The notes under the pieces are model-generated. The model did no database searches, was not told the origin of the DNA, and saw nothing but the letters and a program-made list of their open reading frames with translations. This document shows, piece by piece, positions 1 through 7,261 of a stretch of DNA of 31,247 bases (the first letter of the stretch is position 1; each line of letters opens with the position of its first letter). A program made the translations under genes and the position numbers. The DNA is from Candidatus Hydrogenedentota bacterium. GTDB lineage: Bacteria; Hydrogenedentota; Hydrogenedentia; Hydrogenedentales; SLHB01. The stretch spans positions 1 through 31,247 of the forward strand of contig JAWXCN010000176.1 of the NCBI GenBank assembly GCA_034408725.1. Direction: 5' to 3'.

Positions 1-58
1 CGCCGAGTACCAGGATGAATGCAAGAATTGCGGCACCCAGCTTTCTACGACGAGCCAA
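1..58 (-). CDS. 5' end of an exported or membrane protein (runs off the left edge)
   Basis: GAGGAG SD at 69-74 (-) and TTG start at 58. Translates MARRRKLGAAILAFILVLG, a basic n-region plus hydrophobic h-region. Not in the ORF track. Confidence 0.7.
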   Translation of the reverse strand, partial: MARRRKLGAAILAFILVLG

Positions 59-154
59 AATAATAAATCTCCTCGGTCTTCCGGGTTAGTCGAACCCGGC
101 GCCCGTCGATGGCGACGGCCGCAATAGCCCGACGCATTTGTCTACGCGTTATTC

Positions 155-3100
155 TCAAGTGATATGTACCAGAATTGTCACCCGATGAAACCGCCCTCTC
201 TCCACATCAAGTTTAAAGGTAAAGGGCTTTTCGGCGTCCAGCGCGCCAAGGCCTTTTTTCAGTTCTTCTATGAGCACGTCCATACTGGATAATGGGATGC
301 CATTCAACCCCACGACATGGTCCATGAACTGAATTCCAGCAGTCTTATAGAATGACTCGACTAGGTTTACAACCTGCCGTTCTGATCGGCTCGAAGTAAA
401 GACTTTATCCACCCAAAACCCATCAATCTCCTGATCGAATACGGGTAAATCGAAATTTGCACTGTACATCCGTGCGTATTCGATTGCTGTTGCACGTCCT
501 GAATCAATTGTTTCGATTCCTTGCTTCAGAATTAAAGACGCGAGCATCCGGGGTAAAGTAACACTGCGCGTTTCTATGACTTGAGGGGTAATCTCGACTT
601 CAACGCTTCGCTCACCTTCCGGGCCGGCAAACGTCATCGTTCTTTTTCCGACGGTTCCGGTTGACAGGCTGTTCAGGAATTCGTCAACCATCGCGCCACC
701 TTGTTCTGCGGTGTCAATACGAACACCGTCCAGAGCGGCTAGCTGATACTCGCTTTCGAGGCCAAAATATCCGAATGTCTCTCGCAGCCGCCGATCACTC
801 AAATCAGTTATAGCTTCATGTCCACTGTCAACGTTTTTACCCGAGGATTGTTCCATGATTTTCACGGCACGGCGTAGCGATTTCTCAATGTTCTGCGGTG
901 TGATGATTACTTTGTGTACTGTGGAATCATTGTTCTCCGCATCTGGCAGCAGAGACGCATCTCGCTTGAACTGTTCGAACCTGCGCACCCACGGTGATGA
1001 CGCATCTCCGGGAAGAGACTCCTGACGCCACGGAGATGCTTCCCAAATTTGCATTTCGTTTTGTGCACTGACGGCAAGTCGTGTGCCATCCAGGCTCCAG
1101 GAAAGGCCAGTGTAGGGCGACTCGGAATGCGTAAGAGTCAAGAGCACTTCGGCATTTCCGGTATCCCAAATACAAACGCTTTGATCAGCAGACGCGGCTG
1201 CGAGGCGAGAACCATCAGGACAGAACACGATGGAAGTGATTCTATTCACTTGCGCCTTGAACCCTCCAAGCTGCTTTTTTGAGCGCACGTCCCAGAGCTT
1301 TATTTCACCATCGGTTGAACCGGATGCAAGCCGGGTTCCGGAAAAATCGAAAGCGAAAGCGGAGATAATAGTGGAATGCCGCCCCATTACCGTCGGCTCC
1401 TGGCGCTCATTTATATCCCAAAGAATGACATCTCCAGTCTCAGTACCTGTTACGGCAAATTCGTTATCCAGGTCCACCTGAAATGTAGAGACCACTTCGG
1501 ACGGATACACGATGGTTTTTACAATTTTGCCTGTGTGGACATCGAAGATGGTCAAATCTCCCATAAACCCCGCGGCCAGAATTTGCTTTCCATCAGAGGT
1601 AAATTGCGTGATTGCCGTATTGAACACGTCCGTGGAAACGATCCGTTCTGCCGAAAAGGAATCCCAGTCGAGTATCAAGGATTCTCCTCGATAGCTGTGG
1701 ACCAATATGCGTCGTCCGTCGCTGCTCCATTCTGCCCTCCGACCGACGACCCCAGCCAAAGTTCGCAAACAATGGCCGGTCTTGGCATCTCTTACCTGAA
1801 TGGTTCCCGTATCAAGAGTCAGAATCACCTTAGAGGCGTCTGGGCTAAGGTCGATTGATTTGATGCCATCTGCCTGTGTTGCCCAAATTTTTGACCCGCC
1901 TTTCAAAGACCAGAGTTTCACCTTTCCGTCGAATCCACACGAAAGCAGTTCCGTTCCCGAATCTGCACGGCAAACATGCGATACTGTTTCCGAGTGCCCT
2001 TCAAAAGTTTCCACAACGGTCTCATTGGAAATATCCCAGGCGCGTATTATCTTGTCTGAACCTCCCGTTATGATTTGGCTTTCGGTCGGATCAAAATCCG
2101 CGGAAAACAATGCGCTGGGGTGGGAAAAAGTCTTCACTGCGTGATAGTCGCTCATGTCCCAGGTGCGGGCTGTTTTGTCGTAACTCGCTGAAACCAGCAG
2201 TCGCCCGCTCGGGCTAAACGCGAGCCCGCGAACCACATCCTCGTGTCCGGTTAAAGTAGCAAGCTCTTTACTGCTTATTACGTCCCATATCTTGATCGTC
2301 CCATCACTGGACGCGGAAGCGAGACGGGCGCCGTCTGGGCTGAATGCCACCCTCCATACCGAGTCACGATGACCGGCAAGCGTGGTCTTTTTTTCTCCCG
2401 CGATGTCCCATATGACGATGGTATTACTCAATAATGGCGCAGCGATTAGCGTTCCAGCATGATTAAAGCGTGCACTTATGGCCGCATCCGTGATGGCGCT
2501 GCCAAACGCTTTGACTCGATCCCCCGTCGCGGCATTCCATAATTGGACGGTGTGACTTCTTTCGGCAGTTAACACAAGTTCTCCGTTTGGACTGAATTCG
2601 GCGCTGGTGACTTCATTGGAACCAACCAGCAGACTACGAACAAGCGCGCCGGTGCTAACTTCCCATATCTTCGCGGTACCATCAAGACCGCAGGTCACAA
2701 TGCGCGACCCGTCCCGGCTAAAACTTCCGAACAAAACCGGTCCGCTATGTCCACTAAACGTCTGCCTGTCGCGATTGCACAGACCCAACAAATAACCCCA
2801 TTCCCAGTTACGCAGGTTGCGCGGCGTGTTCCAAAGCGTTTCATTGGCCTGATCATACTGCGATTTATCGGACAATGCATGCGCCAGTAACAGACTGGTG
2901 CGATACACTGCATACTCCGTTTGATCGCGGGACAGCACTGCCTCGGAGCGCGCTTCCTCAGCTTCTTTCCGGGCAACCACAGCAATGTCTCGTTCACGCA
3001 CCACACGTACATACGAGGTGGCGCCAACAAACGCGAGTATCAGGAGTGCCGCCGTCGCAGTGAGCGCAACAGCTTTGTGTCGTCTGAAAGCGCGCGCAAG

Positions 3101-4411
3101 CCTTTCCTTCCACCCATATGCGTATGTCTGCACCAGCGCGCCTGAGAGAAAGCGGCGTACTTCATCGGCCATCGCAGCGGCAGAGGGGTACCGTTGCTGA
3201 GGCTTCTTCTGCATCGCCTTCATGCATATTGCACGGAGCTCAGGCGGTATGGTCCTGTCCAGTGGCGCGGGTTCGTCATTTAACACGTGCTTGATGATTA
3301 CAACGGGCGTTTCGCCGTAGAAAGGCCGATTACCAGATAACAACTCGTAGAAAACCGCTCCGAGGCTATATACATCGCTTAGTTCATCAATCCAATCCAG
3401 TTTACCAAGCGCCTGTTCTGGTGGCATGTACGCAGGGGTGCCCATAACTTGGCCATATTGCGTTTTTGCTGCGGAGTCGACCTCACCCAGGTGCAGTAAG
3501 CGAAAAGTTTCGGCCAGTCCATCCGCATGGAAATCCTTAGAATCTTTGCTTTTGGCTAAGCCCCAGTCCAACACGACAGTTTCCCCGAACTCTCCCACCA
3601 TCACGTTATCGGGTTTAATGTCACGGTGGATTATTCTGCGGCTGTGTGCATATGCGATCGCGTGGCACAGATCGACGAAGTGAGACAGAAGAGTCAGGCG
3701 TTGCGTAAGCGTTTTGCATTCATTCATCGCCTGCCGCAGTGTCTTACCGCGGACAAGCTTCATTGTGTAATAAAGCCTGCCATCACTCCGATGTCCAAGC
3801 TCATAGACTGGAACGATGGATGGATGTTCCAGTTGTCCCGTAATCCGGGCTTCCTGTAAAAAACGCGCGAGGAAGCCCATATACTCGCGTACCGGCGTCG
3901 ACGGGCTTTCCGGATCTTTTGGCGTCGGGCCAGGAAGCAATTCTTTGAACGCTACGTCACGGCCGAGAAATGCGTCATGCACCAGCAACACGCGTCCCAT
4001 GCCGCCACGCCCATATTCGCTTACATGAGTGTAACGACCTGGAGTTTCTTGAACGCCCGGAATGGATTGGCCATCCAAGTACCGGATGGGTTCCGCGATG
4101 TTCCCACTGGGTAGAGGACCACGCGATGGAACGATGGCACCGGCAAAAGTCTGTTCGACAAGATGGTCCCCACCCAGTGTCCGCAGGGTGGCGGCTACGT
4201 CGCCATTGTGCGCAGCGACGGCTTCATTAACCAAACGACGTATCAGGTTTGCATCGTCGGTTCCCATCGCGTTGATTTCTACGAGGCGCGCTGCAAGAGA
4301 TCTGGATGGGTCAATCGCCCAGGCGCTTGCCGCTTCCATCAATTGCGCTGGCATCACCTTGCGGAGTTGAACGGCAAACACGCCGAAAAGCAGGTTTAGA
4401 TCGTTGTCCAT
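155..4411 (-). CDS. Membrane-anchored Hanks-type Ser/Thr protein kinase with WD40 repeats and C-terminal PDZ-like region
   Basis: Kinase motifs GRGGMGRV, VAFK, FLQEA, HRDIKPDN, DWG and GTPAYMPPEQ; TM segment AVALTATAALLILAFVGATSY; roughly 13-14 GH...WD-type repeats. Confidence 0.95.
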   Translation of the reverse strand: MDNDLNLLFGVFAVQLRKVMPAQLMEAASAWAIDPSRSLAARLVEINAMGTDDANLIRRLVNEAVAAHNGDVAATLRTLGGDHLVEQTFAGAIVPSRGPLPSGNIAEPIRYLDGQSIPGVQETPGRYTHVSEYGRGGMGRVLLVHDAFLGRDVAFKELLPGPTPKDPESPSTPVREYMGFLARFLQEARITGQLEHPSIVPVYELGHRSDGRLYYTMKLVRGKTLRQAMNECKTLTQRLTLLSHFVDLCHAIAYAHSRRIIHRDIKPDNVMVGEFGETVVLDWGLAKSKDSKDFHADGLAETFRLLHLGEVDSAAKTQYGQVMGTPAYMPPEQALGKLDWIDELSDVYSLGAVFYELLSGNRPFYGETPVVIIKHVLNDEPAPLDRTIPPELRAICMKAMQKKPQQRYPSAAAMADEVRRFLSGALVQTYAYGWKERLARAFRRHKAVALTATAALLILAFVGATSYVRVVRERDIAVVARKEAEEARSEAVLSRDQTEYAVYRTSLLLAHALSDKSQYDQANETLWNTPRNLRNWEWGYLLGLCNRDRQTFSGHSGPVLFGSFSRDGSRIVTCGLDGTAKIWEVSTGALVRSLLVGSNEVTSAEFSPNGELVLTAERSHTVQLWNAATGDRVKAFGSAITDAAISARFNHAGTLIAAPLLSNTIVIWDIAGEKKTTLAGHRDSVWRVAFSPDGARLASASSDGTIKIWDVISSKELATLTGHEDVVRGLAFSPSGRLLVSASYDKTARTWDMSDYHAVKTFSHPSALFSADFDPTESQIITGGSDKIIRAWDISNETVVETFEGHSETVSHVCRADSGTELLSCGFDGKVKLWSLKGGSKIWATQADGIKSIDLSPDASKVILTLDTGTIQVRDAKTGHCLRTLAGVVGRRAEWSSDGRRILVHSYRGESLILDWDSFSAERIVSTDVFNTAITQFTSDGKQILAAGFMGDLTIFDVHTGKIVKTIVYPSEVVSTFQVDLDNEFAVTGTETGDVILWDINERQEPTVMGRHSTIISAFAFDFSGTRLASGSTDGEIKLWDVRSKKQLGGFKAQVNRITSIVFCPDGSRLAAASADQSVCIWDTGNAEVLLTLTHSESPYTGLSWSLDGTRLAVSAQNEMQIWEASPWRQESLPGDASSPWVRRFEQFKRDASLLPDAENNDSTVHKVIITPQNIEKSLRRAVKIMEQSSGKNVDSGHEAITDLSDRRLRETFGYFGLESEYQLAALDGVRIDTAEQGGAMVDEFLNSLSTGTVGKRTMTFAGPEGERSVEVEITPQVIETRSVTLPRMLASLILKQGIETIDSGRATAIEYARMYSANFDLPVFDQEIDGFWVDKVFTSSRSERQVVNLVESFYKTAGIQFMDHVVGLNGIPLSSMDVLIEELKKGLGALDAEKPFTFKLDVERGRFHRVTILVHIT

Positions 4412-4459
4412 GAAAATTAGTCAGAACCTTATTAAAGGGCTATTGACATTACTATATAT

Positions 4460-4488
4460 AGATTACAATATATATATCATTTCCGCAA
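4460..4488 (-). promoter_or_regulatory. Putative sigma70 promoter of the kinase gene
   Basis: TTGCGG-17nt-TAATCT on the - strand in an AT-rich tract about 50 nt upstream of the ATG. Confidence 0.4.
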
Positions 4489-4564
4489 CGACGAGACTAT
4501 GGCGGATCCCGCGAGTTTCCTCTCTCTTGGTCGCTTCGCTCAACGGGTGGCCAGACCGCGCCAC

Positions 4565-4595
4565 TTGACGAACACCTCGCCGCGTTTGATACTAT
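4565..4595 (+). promoter_or_regulatory. Putative sigma70 promoter upstream of the methyltransferase leader
   Basis: TTGACG(4565-4570)-17nt-GATACT(4588-4593), with an overlapping extended -10 TGaTACTAT. Confidence 0.55.
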
Positions 4596-4713
4596 CTTGA
4601 CGGAAAGCACTGAAAAGGTTGGCAAACGCGGGTCACCGCTTCAAACGGCGCAGCGTAGACAACGGGTTATAAGGCGCGTGTAGGGTTTCCCTCCGCGCAC
4701 CACTCTTTTGCGC

Positions 4714-4749
4714 AAAGCCGGGCAATGGTTGAGGTTGACCGGTTTTTTT
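4714..4749 (+). terminator. Intrinsic terminator-like hairpin in the leader, upstream of the methyltransferase
   Basis: AAAGCCGG-G-CAA...TTG-A-CCGGTTTT stem with a T7 run at 4743-4749. Confidence 0.6.
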
Positions 4750-4793
4750 CATGCCTTCTGTGACTGCGGCTAAATGTTGACTCAAGGGGCTCG

Positions 4794-5525
4794 GTGCTGG
4801 TGAGAGATGCGTTAACAAGACTCAAATGGAAAGCTGTTCATGCGTCTGTATGGCTTCATCGGTTGTTAGGGGCTGAATATACGCTTCATCATCCTTACCT
4901 CTACTCGACCGCTTCCCCCTGGTTTTCGCAGGATTTCCAAAAAATCTTTGAACGGGTCAAGCATCGGACAGTTGTCACGCAGGACCGATGTTACATGTTG
5001 CGTCAGTTCGCACGGCAATGCCTTCATGTAGCAGGAGATTACGCGGAGTGTGGAGTTTACAAGGGTGGAACCGCCCATCTGCTCGCCGATACTGTGCGAG
5101 GCAGCGATAAAAAGCTTCTACTGTTCGATACGTTTGGCGGAATGCCGGAAAGCGCAGAATCCGACGCGAGCGGACACCGCCAAGGAGACTTTGGCGACAC
5201 CTCGCTAGAATCTGTAACGCAGTACCTTGCTGGTTTTGAGGGCGTACAGTTCTACCCTGGTTTCATACCGGCGACGTTCGAACCGTTCAAGGATCGGCGA
5301 TTCGCATTTGTACACGTCGATGTTGACTTATATTCGAGCGTCGCCGATTGTTGCGAATTCTTTTATGATCGATTGTCTCCTGGCGGCATTTTAGTCTTCG
5401 ATGATTACGGTTTTAAGATGTATCGTGAAGCTGCGCGACGCGCGGTTGAGGAGTTTTTCACGGAAAAACCGAACCCTCCGATCGTGTTGCCGACAGGACA
5501 GGCTGTTGTAATAAAAGCGACTTGA
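4794..5525 (+). CDS. TylF/MycF/NovP-family SAM-dependent O-methyltransferase
   Basis: Motifs YAECGVYKGGT, FDTFGGMP, VHVDVDLY and GGILVFDDYG. Start codon uncertain. Confidence 0.88.
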   Translation: MLVRDALTRLKWKAVHASVWLHRLLGAEYTLHHPYLYSTASPWFSQDFQKIFERVKHRTVVTQDRCYMLRQFARQCLHVAGDYAECGVYKGGTAHLLADTVRGSDKKLLLFDTFGGMPESAESDASGHRQGDFGDTSLESVTQYLAGFEGVQFYPGFIPATFEPFKDRRFAFVHVDVDLYSSVADCCEFFYDRLSPGGILVFDDYGFKMYREAARRAVEEFFTEKPNPPIVLPTGQAVVIKAT

Positions 5526-5534
5526 TGGAAAATC

Positions 5535-5578
5535 GGGACCGCCACCCGCGCCGTTTGGGTGCCGCCGGTGACAGTCCC
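5535..5578. repeat. Palindromic REP-like element (GGGACYGYCACC arms)
   Basis: Left arm GGGACCGCCACC; right arm GGTGACAGTCCC (reverse complement GGGACTGTCACC). Same family as 26003-26047. Confidence 0.6.
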
Positions 5579-5597
5579 TTGAGATGAGGAGATATGA

Positions 5598-5984
5598 GTG
5601 GAACGGACGCTAATTCCCGCAGGGTCAAAGTGGGAACCGATCATCGGCTATTCGCGCGCGGTGAAAATCGGCAATTCGGTGCATGTGTCGGGCACGGCGC
5701 CGTCGGGTCCGGACGGGAAGGTTGTGGCTCCCGGCGATCCGTATGCGCAGACGAAACGCTGCCTGGAAATCATCGAGGAAGCGCTCGCGAAAGCGGGCGC
5801 GAAGATGAGCGATGTGTATCGCACGCGGATGTATCTCACGGATATTTCGCAATGGGAATCGGTTGGGCGCGCGCATGGAGAGTATTTCGGCGAAGTGCGT
5901 CCGGCGACGACGATTGTGGAAGTGTCGAAACTCATATCGCCGGAAATGCTCGTGGAAATTGAGGCCGATGCGCATATCGGATAA
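5598..5984 (+). CDS. RidA/YjgF/YER057c/UK114 family protein
   Basis: Motifs WEPIIGYSRAV, VSGT, RPATTIVEV and LVEIEADA; AGGAG SD before the GTG. Confidence 0.92.
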   Translation: MERTLIPAGSKWEPIIGYSRAVKIGNSVHVSGTAPSGPDGKVVAPGDPYAQTKRCLEIIEEALAKAGAKMSDVYRTRMYLTDISQWESVGRAHGEYFGEVRPATTIVEVSKLISPEMLVEIEADAHIG

Positions 5985-6175
5985 CGTGCCGATAGTGCTC
6001 ATACAGCGAAATGCGCCGGCGAGCTTTGTGACAGGAATTTAGGGTATAATCGGGACGTTTAGATTTATGGTGAAGTGCGGGGAAATTCGAGCGAACCCAA
6101 AGCGCTCGTTAAGCCCGCAACCGGCGTCTGTTCTATGACGTTTGGGCTTCAATACACGACGGAGGTCCTTTAGAC

Positions 6176-6694
6176 ATGCCACCCATTTATGAACCGGAAG
6201 CCGTAAGGCCCATGTGGGAAGAACTGGCCGAAGTTGGCATTAAGCCATTGACCACTGCGACGGACGTTGATGCCGTATTGGGCGGCACGCCGACGGGTTC
6301 CACGCTTCTTGTTATCAATTCGGTTTGCGGGTGTGCCGCGGGCGGTTGCCGTCCGGGAGTTATGCTTGCCTTGCAGAATGACGTAATCCCGGACAATCTG
6401 GTAACTGTGTTCGCCGGCGTGGATACGGAAGCCACGCAGCGCGCGCGCGAGTACATGCAGGGGATTCCGGCATCGTCGCCGAACATCGTTTTGTTCAAAG
6501 ATGGCAAGCCGACGCATGCGCTTCAACGATCGCACATCGAACGGATGACCGCGGTCGAGATCGCCAATTCCTTGCGGGAAATTTTCAGCAAGGAATGCAG
6601 CGCGAAAGGCCCGAGCATCCCGAAAGAACAGTTCGAGAAGGTTGACCCGGTACAACAGTGTGGTTCTTCGATTCCCTTGTATCAGGGGAATTAA
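6176..6694 (+). CDS. BrxA/BrxB (YphP/YqiW, DUF1094) family bacilliredoxin
   Basis: INSVCGCAAG active-site CGC motif, TVFAGVD.EAT..AR and SSP.I.LFKDG; GGAGG SD. Confidence 0.92.
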   Translation: MPPIYEPEAVRPMWEELAEVGIKPLTTATDVDAVLGGTPTGSTLLVINSVCGCAAGGCRPGVMLALQNDVIPDNLVTVFAGVDTEATQRAREYMQGIPASSPNIVLFKDGKPTHALQRSHIERMTAVEIANSLREIFSKECSAKGPSIPKEQFEKVDPVQQCGSSIPLYQGN

Positions 6695-6811
6695 GGCCCA
6701 CAAGTTTTCTAGGTTTTGGGACGCGCTCGCACACATTCTTTGCGGGCGCGTTTCTGCTTTTGTTATCGCCGTTATGCCGAATCGGAATTATGATCAAGAG
6801 GGTCGAATACG

Positions 6812-7195
6812 ATGAAGTGGCTGACTATCGTTGGTTTTTTAGGCGGGCTTGGAGTCGCACTCGGAGCATTTGGCGCGCACGGGTTGCGGGAGCGGATTGA
6901 GCCGGAGCTGTTGGCGGTGTTCGAGGTGGGCGTGCGGTATCACATGTATCATGCGATCGCGATGTTTTGCGCGGCGCTGGTAATCCAGGAGAAGTATTCC
7001 AGATGGGTTGCGCGCGCATGCGGTGCTTGGCTGGTGGGAATCGTAATTTTTTCGGGAAGTCTGTATGCACTTTCACTGACGGGAATGCGTTGGCTGGGCG
7101 CAGTGACGCCGATTGGTGGCGTTGCGTTGATCGCGGGTTGGTGTTGCGTTGTTATCGCGGGGTTCGATGCCCAACGCCGGCACGCACCTGAATAG
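6812..7195 (+). CDS. DUF423 (YgdD/TMEM256) family membrane protein
   Basis: Motifs LGAFGAHGL, YHMYHA, IFSGSLY and GAVTPIGG. Confidence 0.93.
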   Translation: MKWLTIVGFLGGLGVALGAFGAHGLRERIEPELLAVFEVGVRYHMYHAIAMFCAALVIQEKYSRWVARACGAWLVGIVIFSGSLYALSLTGMRWLGAVTPIGGVALIAGWCCVVIAGFDAQRRHAPE

Positions 7196-7227
7196 TTTGC
7201 GCGAGATCATAATTCGATAATTCCACC

Positions 7228-7253
7228 GAGCGCGCGAGGACGCGCGCCCTCCC
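7228..7253 (-). repeat. GGAG-footed REP-like hairpin between convergent genes
   Basis: Perfect 7-bp stem GCGCGCG-AGGA-CGCGCGC; - strand reads GGGAGGGCGCGCGTCCTCGCGCGC. Confidence 0.45.
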
Positions 7254-7261
7254 TTGTCCCC

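Noticed and set aside
4597-4683. 28-aa TTG-started leader ORF (MTESTEK...RVIRRV)
   Set aside because: The start lies at or before the predicted TSS, there is no SD, and there is no run of regulatory codons.
4621-4720. c-di-GMP-I riboswitch (GGCAAAC...GCAAAGC) or tRNA-like end (CGCGCACCA)
   Set aside because: Spacing is far too long and the GAAA tetraloop stem is missing; there is no T-loop or cloverleaf.
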